A stretch of DNA of 64,000 nt from Octopus sinensis (Eukaryota), in NCBI RefSeq assembly GCF_006345805.1, contig NC_043016.1, forward strand, positions 24,428,001 through 24,492,000. Reading direction: 5' to 3'. The notes under the pieces are model-generated. The model was given only the letters and a program-made list of their open reading frames with translations. It was not told where the DNA came from and made no database searches. This document shows positions 53,301 through 64,000 of the stretch, in pieces; position 1 is the first letter of the stretch; each line of letters begins with the position of its first letter. Made by a program: the position numbers and the translations under genes.

Positions 53301-54083
53301 AAGGAACTGAATTATATTGATTACATGACAAGCATTATATTTTTATATATACAAGGGAAATTTGAAGAAATGTAAATAGATTTGAACTCGTAACAAAAAC
53401 TAAATGCTTACAATCCACCATCACCACCACCAACACACATACAGTGTTTTCTCTTTCTTTTTTTTTATCACATCCACTTAACACTCTTCCTACAAACTCT
53501 AAACTGACAACAGTTTACATTGCAGCCGGATATTTTGTCTGTGACAAATGAAATATTATAACCATCAAGGGAACTGTATGTGATAGGTCAACCTTAATCA
53601 ACCCTCTCTCTACCTGTCTTTTTCTTGTTGATCATTTTTATGGAGAAACAGGGAATGAGAGGATTTCGTTTATTTTATCCCCATGAATCCTTTCAAAATT
53701 TCATATCCAACTTAAAACAATTTTCTATTTCATTTCACTTATTTTAATTATACAATTTATATTGTATTTGTATGCACATATCCTCGGATCATCACACCCT
53801 CAAACTAAATTACTGATGCCTTTTTTTTAAGTATAGACGTATATGATATATTTGTATGTATATAATATATATATATAATTAATCAAGCATACAGTATTAT
53901 ATACATATATGTTTATCAGTATTATATATCATATATATATTTTATATATATATATTAATCAAAGCATACAGCATTATATATCAATAAATATATATTATAT
54001 ATATATATATATTACGAGAGTAAGAACATAGATGCAAAACAAAGTAGAAAAAATATTATTCAAATACCGAAGGTAGAGTAATG

Positions 54084-54247
54084 TTTTTTTTTATTAAAGC
54101 TGCAAAAACATCACAAAAAAAACTGTGCCTCAGAGGTTTATGCTTTTGTTTATCAGACAGTTGTGATCACAACTGTCCGACAAATGGGAACATGAAACTC
54201 TGAGTCACAGCTTTTTGTAATGTTTTTTCAGCTTTGATAAAAAAAAA
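54084..54247. repeat. Loop-less palindrome of about 164 bp
   Basis: Centre gacagttgtga|tcacaactgtc (54167/54168); arms remain complementary outward to poly-T/poly-A. Confidence 0.9.
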
Positions 54248-54283
54248 TATATATGTACATACATACATACATACATACATACA

Positions 54284-54315
<32 letters not shown>

Positions 54316-54612
54316 CATATATAGATATATATTACGGGTGTGTGTGATTGTGTATAGAAGAATATATTAATAAAGGAATTCACAACCTTGTGTCTGATTT
54401 TCACGTTTTATTTACAATCTTATAATGATATAATATAAATAATATAATAAAATAAGTAAAATAAAATAATATAATAGAATGTTAAATTTTCATTCTGATT
54501 GAACTAGTACTTTCATGCATTAAATTCCTGCAATCTTCAAGTTCATGTAGTAGTGGTGACAGTCATGCTTCACAATTTTTGACTTAGTAGATATATATAT
54601 ACATGCATACAA

Positions 54613-55665
54613 CCTGCATCTCTCCTTACAGATGTCAATGCCTGCACCCAACAGGCTACTGAAGAGATATGCATCATCCAGTTTGGTGACTCTCCATGGC
54701 AACAGCCACCTTACCTGTCAAGTACGGTGGCTTCAGCTTCCAGTGTCCAGTCTCACTGGCCTTGCCAGCATTTCTCTCATTGTGGCCTCTTACAACTCAA
54801 CTCAACTTACTGTGATCAGAGAGTGCAAAGCAGCCTATGCTACATAAAGCTAGCTCAGCCTCTGCCTCTCTCCTTTGTGTATGTCCCGTCCCCCCAAAAC
54901 AAATAGGATGCCATTCAGTGCAGTCTGGTTTCAGATTGGCAGTGTACTAACTTGACCAGCACCATGTGGCATGATTCCTAACCCCACAGCAGTGACTTAC
55001 CCAACACAGTGCCCTCAGTCTCAACTGGCACTCAGCTTGATAGCGACTGTCTGTGCATTGGAGTTTTCTCTGAGGTTTTGTCTCCAGATCCATGAACCTT
55101 GCAAATTCCATTGCAGATCCACTGTGGATCTTTCCAGTCTCCATCCATTGTCACGCCATCATAGTGCTGTCCACCTTCAATACCATGCTGCTCTCATTGA
55201 GAACATAAAGCATTGTTGAGATGCCACAGGCTTCCCTTCCTAGCTTGAGTCAATGAGGCTAGACCAAGATGATGGTAAAAGGCCAAACAGCATGACAACC
55301 TTCCCGTTCTGTGGTGCTAGGCCTCTCATCTGAGATGCTACAAGCTATGACACCTTCTTCAGTAGCGACCTGATGCGTTCAGCTGTCAGTGCAAGCTTTG
55401 CTGCTTGTCAGGCTGAGAAGGGCAAACTGTCAAAGTACCAGCCCCTCTCTAACAGATTTGTTGTTGAATCTGTGGCAGTGGAGACCTCAAGCATTCTTGA
55501 CCTCTGGGCCACATCCATGCTCACTGCTATTGGGGCAGAGATGGCTATCTGCAAGTGCAAGCCTGGTGAGTCAGAGTGATTGTTCCAGTGCATCTCCCTT
55601 GCCATTCTCTGAGGCAATACGTTTTCCATTTTGTCCACTGGGAAAATGAGGCAGATTGACAGCTC
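54613..55665 (+). mobile_element. CRE-clade non-LTR retrotransposon 3' half (restriction-like endonuclease)
   Basis: WQQ..LPVKYGG...LALPAFLS; VDLSSLHPLSRH (degenerate Zn motif); DDGKRPNSMT...LI*DATSYDTF; AEKGKLSKY...VAVETS...LFQCISLAI. Confidence 0.85.
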
Positions 55666-55974
55666 TTTTTATATATTACTTGTTACTTTTGAAAGATAGA
55701 GAGATAGTATATTATGGATATGTTAAACTGGATGGTATATCATACCCATGAGCCCCATCCAATAGTGACCTATAGATGTGTTAAATAATTGCTTAAATTT
55801 TCACATTATTTGTACACACAAACTCTGCAGGAATCTTTAAAGATTTAATTCAAACTGATGTGTTGTATTGCCTTACAATTTAACATTAAAAAAAACATTG
55901 AATAACATGCTATGCCCATCACTAGATGGGCATGGTATGTTTGTATATATATGTCAATGTATCAATGCATGTAC

Positions 55975-56060
55975 ACATGTATGTATGTATGTATGTATGT
56001 ATGTATGTATGTATGTATGTATGTATGTATGTATGTATGTATGTATGTATGTATGCATGC
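55975..56060. repeat. (GTAT)n microsatellite
   Basis: Direct inspection. Confidence 0.95.
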
Positions 56061-56744
56061 ATGCCCGTACAAATACATATATGCATACATACATGCATGT
56101 ATGTGTATATCAGGCCCATTGCCAGAGTATAGTGCCTGTGAGTGCTTCTGAATATTCTGAGTGAGCACTAATTTGTAATAATGTTAAAGTGGAGTTACTA
56201 AAGCAGAGTAAATCTGAAGGTGTACCTTTGAATAGTGAAGGGGGGTGAGTGTCATCCAGTACATCCACTAGGCGACGGGTATGATAATGTAGTGCCAAAG
56301 GACTGGATTGCTATTTGCCATTATGGTTTTCAGTATAGATTGGCCTTGTTGCTCCAGGCTGAGTAGAGACTTAACAGCAACATTTCCATCTAGTGGTCGA
56401 GAGAGAAACGAGTACCCCAAGGCAGTCGTTCAATCAGTGAGAAATGGCAAACAAACTCTCCCTCAAATAATACCCTATTGTTTGCAGTCATAGATGTAAA
56501 AAAAAAAAATGGAAAAAAAAAAGGACAGTTACAGCTGGAATACCTTCATCATGTGACTGGCTGATTGACTCATCTGGAACGAAGCAATAACAACAGCCTG
56601 GAGATGTGTATGGTTCTTCCTAGAAAACAGTCTCTATATTCATTAACATGTACGAGTCGTGGAAAGGGTATCGGAATTTATACACTTTATATATATCCAT
56701 CTTAAACATGTGCATTTGTTTGTGTATATCAAATTCGAAATATT

Positions 56745-56745
<1 letters not shown>

Positions 56746-56784
<39 letters not shown>

Positions 56785-56816
56785 AAAGAAAGAAAGAGAG
56801 AGAGAAAGAGAGAGAG

Positions 56817-56851
<35 letters not shown>

Positions 56852-56862
56852 AAGAGAGAGAG

Positions 56863-56905
<43 letters not shown>

Positions 56906-56954
56906 AGAGAGAGAAAGAGAAAGAAAGAAAGAAAGAAAGAAGAAAGAAAGAGAG

Positions 56955-57029
<75 letters not shown>

Positions 57030-57178
57030 AAGAAAGAAGAAAGAAAGAAAGAAGAAAGAAGAAAGAAAAGAAAGAAAGAAGAAGAAAGAAAGAAAGAAAG
57101 AAGAAAGAAAGAAAGAAGAAAGAAAGAAGAAAGAAAGAAGAAAGAAAGAAAGAAAGAAAGAAAGAAGAAGAAAGAAAG
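56746..57178. repeat. Pure polypurine compound microsatellite (AAAG/AG/AAG), about 430 bp
   Basis: Only A and G on the plus strand; source of the 171-242 aa pseudo-ORFs. Confidence 0.98.
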
Positions 57179-57580
57179 GTAGGTCGTGTGTAAAAAGCAG
57201 AAACGAGAATTTGGATTTTGTTATTAACGAGTACTCGTGTGTGTATATAGATACACACACATGTATCTATCTATCTATTTATCTATCTGTCTGTTTGCCT
57301 GTCTATCAGTCTGTCTGTCTGTCTCTGTCTCTTTGTTTGTCTGTCTGCCTGCTCTCTGTCTATTGTGTGTTATTTCTCGGTCACTAATATACTCCAAGTG
57401 ATAATGCGTACCACACCCTATACTTCAGCAAGATATATTTTAGAAAGAGGTGGGGTTGCTTCTGATGGTTTATGAACACATCAAAACAATTTTTTTTTAA
57501 TGAAAAACATTTAATTCATGACGAAAAAGTTGTGCATTAACAAAATTTAATACACCGCTGACAAACGCGCTCACTATAGA

Positions 57581-57730
57581 ATGACAGCAAGGCTTGTTTA
57601 CATTGCAACTAACTGTGCAGACATTTCAGAGATATTGCCAAATGCCGAGTACCTATGCACCTCACCGATCATATACAGTGTGTTGGGTAGATCAGTGGTC
57701 CACCCACCCACGAGTCCATTGTATCTGAGG
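57581..57730 (+). other. Candidate first exon of a plus-strand transcript
   Basis: Unique CpG-bearing sequence ending AGG|gtgagt; next strong acceptor (T12)cag at 58541. Confidence 0.35.
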
Positions 57731-57909
57731 GTGAGTGTGCGTGGGAAAGAAAAAGAATCAACAAAACTAAAGAGAGTTTTCTCACCACTCTGCTTTAAAA
57801 CTAATCTTTAATTTGATATACGTTTCTCTCTGTCGTGTTGCATATAGTTGAAAAGTGAGTGTTTGCTTTATTGATTATTAAATACACAGTCTATAAAGCA
57901 CTTTGTAGA

Positions 57910-58040
57910 AGGGGCGTGGCTTAATGATTTCGTGGTGATAGTCTCCTGATCGCACGGTCGTTGATTCGATTCTTCGACCAGGTAGCGTGTTCCAACCTTG
58001 GTGCTGCTCTCTATATCCACTCACGACTGCACGGGCATAA
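57910..58040 (+). mobile_element. Degenerate tRNA-like SINE head
   Basis: ggggcgtggcttaatg (A-box-like) and ttgattcgattc (B-box-like); no clean cloverleaf. Confidence 0.5.
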
Positions 58041-58906
58041 TCCAATACTGAAACACATTTTGTTTTAAAGTGATCTAAATAAAAAACCTTCCATCAAAAT
58101 TTCATGTTAATTTGTTTCCAACACCAGCTTAATGTCAAAGTTTTTTTTCTACATGATTCGTCATTAATTTCAAAATTATATGAAACGAAATCAACGTATT
58201 TAACTGAAGTATAATAACGAACACAATACTATTGAATACATTATTATAACCACTGTCGTTTACACCACACCCATCGTTGCATCATTAATTCATTATATAT
58301 ATAGATATATACATATATATATACATACATACACACACACTCATATATATATATACATATATACATACATATATATAATATATATATACTCACACATATA
58401 TATATATTGCAACCAAATCCAAAAACGAAATATATATATATATTATATATATAATGTTTTGACTTATTTTTCTTCGCACTGTTGCTCATAACATATCTCT
58501 TCTATAGTAGTTAATAATTTCTGCTGTTTTTTTTTTTTCAGCCATACACTGCTCTTCTTGCATAGAACACCAGAGTTGTTGACTAACTTCCAGTTGTGAC
58601 TACAATGTTAAACCACCGAGGATAACTGCTTGTTAAGTTTTATGCACATATATTTTATCTTTGAATTACATTTTATTACATCTATTTTTACAGGAAGAAA
58701 AGAAAGAAAAAAATTAAAAGCATAAAAGATCAAATTATCGATAAAAAAAAAATCCATAATTACCTTGGTTGTCAAGCAGGGGGAAGGACAAACATAAACA
58801 CAAAGACACAAACATACACCCCCCCCCACACCACACAGCAGGCTTTTTTCAATTTCCATCTATTGAATCCACTTACAAGGATTTGGTGGACACGAGGCTA
58901 TGGTAG

Positions 58907-59410
58907 ACTAGCTTAAAAGCCTGTTGAGTTGCTTTTAAGCTAATATACAGCTTTAAGCAGCTGCCCCTGAATAGGAAGATCTGCGAACAGATCTCTGACT
59001 TGTTATGGAGAATTTGTTGCAATTCCTTCTTCCAGAGTCATATCCCAATGATGATCGTATCATTGCAAAAAATCATTTTAAAAAATCGCTAAAAACAATC
59101 GCAGTAATGAAAACATAGGAATCCAAAATTTCAGGATTGCAGGTCTAGATTCGGCCCAAAATGTTTTTAATTTGCTCATAGAGTTAGCTTTTATATTATA
59201 AAAATTGTTATCATACAAAAAAATTTGTCACAAAAAGTCATGTACAAAAATCACCAAAAACAATCATAGTAATGAAAAATTGGGAATCCAAAATTTCAGG
59301 ATTGTGGGTCCAGATTCATCCCGAAATACTTTTGACTCCAAAATGGTATATGTTGTGCTAGGAGTAAAGTTGAAAAAGTGTAACACACTGACATTCACTG
59401 TATTATATTA
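58907..59410 (+). mobile_element. Helentron/DINE-like non-autonomous element, copy 1
   Basis: Starts ACTAG; 12-bp stem tagcttaaaagc/gcttttaagcta; internal 80-bp repeat (about 59085 and 59247); interrupts a CORE-SINE. Confidence 0.45.
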
Positions 59411-59411
59411 T

Positions 59412-59855
59412 ACTAGCAGGATAGCCCAGCATTGCTCAGGTTTGTTTTTTAGTTGCACTTAAAATGGCAGACTTTGATGTCGTGTTAACAAAGTTTTGAC
59501 ATAGTTTTAATCTTTTTTGAAAAGTAAAAATTTTGCATTATGTAACTTGTTATTCTCTTTAAGTGAACATTTTCCTGGTTGAAATACACTGAAAAATGGC
59601 AACACAGCAGTCAAAAAATCGTAAAAAATAGGGATTTTCATAGAAAAAAAGCACTTTTTCGATGTAAATAATTTTTGGTCTTAATATGGTCCGATTTGAA
59701 TTTTTTCTTCTATGGAATGAAGAGCAAGCCTTCTTCTAGTATACTCTTAATTTTGGTCAACTTGCACCACAGGGTCTCAGAGGAGATAGTGCTAGTTGAA
59801 GGCTACCAAACCTGCCACACACACACACAGACAACTCAGCTTTATATGTATAGAT
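59412..59855 (+). mobile_element. Helentron-associated (HINE/Lep1-like) non-autonomous element
   Basis: 5' ACTAGCAGGATAGCCCAGCATTGCTCAGG with short stem; 3' acacacacagacaactcagctttatatgtatagat. Confidence 0.6.
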
Positions 59856-59869
59856 TATTATATTTTACT

Positions 59870-60090
59870 AAGGCAGCAAGCTGGCAGAATCGTTAGTAAG
59901 CCAGACAAATGTTTAGCGGTATTTCATCTGCTGTTAGTTTCTGAGTTCGAATTCTGCCAAGATCAACTTTGCCTTTCATCTTTTCGGGGTCAATAAAATT
60001 AGTACCAGTTACATACTGGACTCGATGTAATTGACTTAATCCCATTCCCAACAATCTGAGGCCTTGTGCTTCCAGTAGAAAGGACTTATT
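59870..60090 (+). mobile_element. tRNA-derived SINE family A, variant 3' end
   Basis: 5' 170 bp align to 314-550; 3' end differs. Confidence 0.8.
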
Positions 60091-60174
60091 AAAGTTGAAA
60101 AAGTGTGACAAACTGGCATTGTTGAATATTTTCTTAAATACTTTCTTGTAAACTGTTTTTAACATTTTCTTATT

Positions 60175-60945
60175 CATCATCATCATCATCATCATTTAAC
60201 GTCCGCTTTCCATGCTAGCATGGGTTGGATGGTTCAGCTGGGGTCTGGGGAGCCCGAAGGCTACACCAGGCCAGTCAGATCTGGCAGTGTTTCTACAGCT
60301 AGATGCCCTTCCTAACGCCAACCACTCCGAGAGTGTAGTGGGTGATTTTATGTGCCACCGACACAGGTGCCAGACGAGGCTGGCGAACGGCCACGCTCGG
60401 ATGGTGTTTTTATGTGCCACCGACACAGGTGCCAGATGAGGCTGGTGAACGGCCACGATCGGATGGTGTTTGTTACGTGCCCACAGCACGGAGGCCAGTC
60501 GATGCGGTACTAGCTACGGCCACATTCGGATGGTTTTATTGTTTGCCACCGGCACTGGTACCACAAAGATACAAATTCCATTGATGTTCATCTATTTTGG
60601 CTTGTTTTGATTTGATTTAATTTTCACTTGCCTCAACAGGTCTTCACAAGTGTCACAAGAAGGAAGGTATGCACAGGTGGACTGACTACGTCCCAGGTAG
60701 GGCCCACGGGTTATGGCCTGACTAGTCTTGCCGGGTCTTCGGATGGTGTTTTTATGTGCCACCGACACAGGTGCCAGATGAGGCTGGTGAACGGCCACGA
60801 TCGGATGGTGTTTGTTATATGCCCACAGCACAGAGGCCAGTCGATGCGGTACTGGCTACAGCCACGTTCGGATGGTTTTCCTGTGTGCCACCAGCACTGG
60901 TACCACAAAGATACAAATTCCATTGATGTTCATCTATTTTGATTT
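60175..60945 (-). mobile_element. RTE-tail repeat, family C (GGACGTTAAATGATGATG end), with internal roughly 60-bp minisatellite and 190-bp duplication
   Basis: (CAT)n tail then ttaacgtccgctttccatgctagcatggg; 60405-60598 is repeated at 60747-60940. Related pieces at about 6100-6800, 7990-8190, 8650-9090, 11840-12050, 13920-14020, 18120-18510, 21380-21500, 22940-23050, 30350-30640, 42600-42770 and 50292-50398. Confidence 0.75.
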
Positions 60946-61459
60946 CTTTTGATCAAAGAATATATATATGTATTCTAATACTTTTGTGACAACCAGTACT
61001 TAACACAACAAAGCTTATACAAAGCTTTTACATTTTACTTTCGACAATCTTTATCTAAAAAAGTGAAACCAGTCAAGTGAATAAACATCTTTAAAATTGC
61101 ATTTTCAAACCTTCTTTCATATATATTTCCACTCATGCAGTACCTTACAACTTCACTTTGTTATATATATATATATTCATATATTGTCAGTAAATCATAA
61201 ATTTAAAAGAAGTCACATTCTAAGTTATAGAGCAGTTGAATACCTAGAGAAAGATAATTATGGGTGGTTCATATAAGCTCTCTTCAATAAAGAGAGTTTA
61301 TAGGACACTAACCTTTGGGGTTTGACAAGCTGTATGTAAGCAAAGTGCTTTATGGACGCAAAACTTTAGGTAATGTAATGAACCAGCCATAACTATCTTT
61401 CTCCCCTCTCTTTCTCTCTCTCTCTATATATGTGTGTGTGTGTCTGTGCGTGTGTGTGT

Positions 61460-61507
<48 letters not shown>

Positions 61508-61531
61508 CACGGATATACATATATATATTAT

Positions 61532-61563
<32 letters not shown>

Positions 61564-61980
61564 GGTACAAAGTAAGTTAAGGGTTATGGGTGTAACCCAC
61601 TAAGGGATAGTATTTATCCAATATACTGTTGGTAAAGATGGTTATATATATAAGTACCCTATTTTTAAATGCCTACAACCTCATTATGTTGACAATTATA
61701 GGCAATAAAAATTTAAATAACTACTTTTAGCCATAGGCTGAAACAGCTGTAAGAAGTGATTTTAATGATTTCAATAATTTATATTATGATTTTTATAATT
61801 TGTATTCTTATCTTATATGTATTGAATTATAAGATATATACGTATGCTGTTAAGGTTCTCATTTTGTTAAATGAATAAATAATCCAACATTCTAATATAT
61901 GAAAGTTGATGAACAAACTAAGTTTGTTTGTCCATTTTCTTATTTGTATTATATATATTATATATATATATATATATTAT

Positions 61981-62012
<32 letters not shown>

Positions 62013-62740
62013 ATATATGTATATATATATGTGTATATATATATATATTATATATATATATATACATATACGTATATATTGTACATGTGTGTATAATATG
62101 TATGTATACTGACACATATTAGTTGAATTTTACAGAATTAATCCTATAACAATTCTAAAAGAATTATTCCAGAAACTGAGCCACAGTTAATCATCCTGGA
62201 ATATTTTAAACTTTTCTTGGGGCACACAGGACGAGGAAGAATAAAGACAGATAAAAATTCTTTTAGTTCACATTGTTTTTAATTTGGTATGACACCCTTT
62301 TGACCTTGACGTGCAGATATTACCAGATCAGCACTTTCTCACCTTAAGTTTTAACAATAGACTGTTGCTTGACACTTAGATACATACATACACACACATA
62401 TGCAATCACACACACACACTCACTCACATACCACACATACATATAGATAAATATATACATACATATTACAATGCTTCAAGTGGACTACATCGGTCTGTTA
62501 TATGTATGTATGTATGTATGCAACAGAGCATTGTAGTTTGCTTAAAGTATTGTGATATTAAAGGTAAAAAGTGAGAAAGTAGAATGCACCTGACAAAGTG
62601 CAGAGTTTCATAAAACCTTTTGTATTCCTTTTATATTTAAGAAAACCTTTTATATATATCCATAGGATATCAACTGGTAAAATATATTTGTCTCATACTT
62701 CCTGACTTTCTTTTTATACTAAATACATACACGTATACAC

Positions 62741-62812
<72 letters not shown>

Positions 62813-63446
62813 TCAATATATATATAATTATCAAGTACTCACCCCGAATTTCTATACTCAATATATATATATACATATATATATACTCACATATATATAT
62901 ACACACTCACGTACACACACTTGTACACACACACACATGCACGCATACACACACACACACACACACACATATAATTTAACATGTAGGGTGTGGTTTGATG
63001 AAGATTTGGCTGCTATTTTTATAACATCTTGAAAACATGTTTGATTATAAGTCTACCATCTGGGAAACAACAAAAAAACAGTCAGAAGCTGTGAACATCA
63101 AACAATAGCGTACATGATAACACATCGAAACACACTTATATGATATTGTGTATATATTTTGTGTGTGTGTCTGTGTTTGATTACAATAACTAACTAAATA
63201 CACATATGTGTATATTCTTTTATTCTTTTATTTGTTTCAGTCATTTAACTGTGGCCATGCTGGAAGTAATTCTGTCAAACAATTTCCTCCCCGGACTTAT
63301 TTTTGAAGTCCTTGTACTTATTCTATCAGTTCCTTTGCCGAACTGCTAAGTTACGAGAACGTAAACATACCTACACTAGCTGTCAAATAATGATGGTGGG
63401 GGAGCACAAACAAAGACACAAATACATACACAAACACATAACCATA

Positions 63447-63928
63447 TATCTTATACATAAATGGCAATTTCTGTCTGTCAATCTGTCTGTTACTATCTTG
63501 CTGCCCACACCAGTGAACCAATCTTGACGAAACTTTACATACATGTTAAACTAACTTCTAGTTCAATTATAGGCTAACTGGATTTCAATAAAAACCTATA
63601 ATGGAGCAGGGATATTATTTTGATAAAATGAGAAGGGTGAAAGAGTGCTAGTGTGAGGGAAATATGGTAGCATAGTAAGTGTGGTTAATATCAGGGCAGG
63701 GGAAAGCAGCATTGTGTAAGCGACAAGTATGGAGTGGCAGTGAGATGATAACATTAATACAGATGTCATTCAGGGATATACACACAACACTGCATATATA
63801 CTTTCGTAAATACATAGAAACCTGCATGCACACACACAATGCACTAACACACACATATACACATGCACATAAGTAACTTTTAAAATACCGAGGAAGGCAA
63901 AGAAAGGTGGGTGTGAGGAATACGTAGT
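63447..63928 (-). mobile_element. HINE-like element, diverged
   Basis: Left end atcttatacataa...ctgtctgt...gaaccaatcttgacgaaactt resembles the reverse complement of the HINE 3' end. Confidence 0.45.
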
Positions 63929-64000
63929 TTTAAGGAGAGAGGGACTAAGTTGACAACAGTTGTCTACAGGTGACTTTTTTGCTGTCCATCTCAAAGAAGC

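Noticed and set aside
56643-57387. ORFs of 171-242 aa (RKKE-rich or FLS-rich)
   Set aside because: Translations of the AAAG/AG microsatellite, which lacks stops in several frames.
57910-57980. tRNA gene
   Set aside because: Degenerate A/B boxes, no complete cloverleaf, no poly-T terminator; SINE head. The same holds for other tRNA-like heads in the window.
60340-60945. CRISPR-like repeat-spacer array
   Set aside because: Eukaryotic context; units are degenerate tandem repeats without unique spacers and there are no cas genes.

Overview
AT-rich, intron/intergenic eukaryotic DNA dominated by SINEs, degraded LINEs, DNA-transposon relics and long microsatellites. The SINE families and microsatellite load look cephalopod (Octopus-like); that is my recognition, not a database result. 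The one host gene I can identify is on the minus strand: the 5' end of a PP2A B56 (PPP2R5C/D-type) regulatory subunit. Exon 1 (29585-29559) encodes MPNKTKKEK and exon 2 (27906-27838) encodes QTPAKTTNAKGSAKESTENTESE. A CCAAT/CRE/PAR-bZIP-rich promoter lies at about 29.87-30.0 kb. I found no exon 3, so intron 2 is probably longer than 27.8 kb and runs off the left edge. The gene's 5' end sits in a roughly 5.7 kb island with no transposon I could recognise. This island holds several candidate regulatory exons: a 64-nt exon that would stop the exon-1 frame and supply a new in-frame Met, a 72-nt in-frame cassette, and an antisense splice chain. Right of 30 kb are a degraded Gypsy LTR element, a Tc1/mariner relic, a MULE, a Chapaev-like transposase, a CRE-clade non-LTR fragment, Penelope-type ends and long fold-backs, Helentron-like elements, and a possible plus-strand spliced transcript starting near 57.6 kb. 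Most entries in the ORF track are microsatellite or antisense artefacts.
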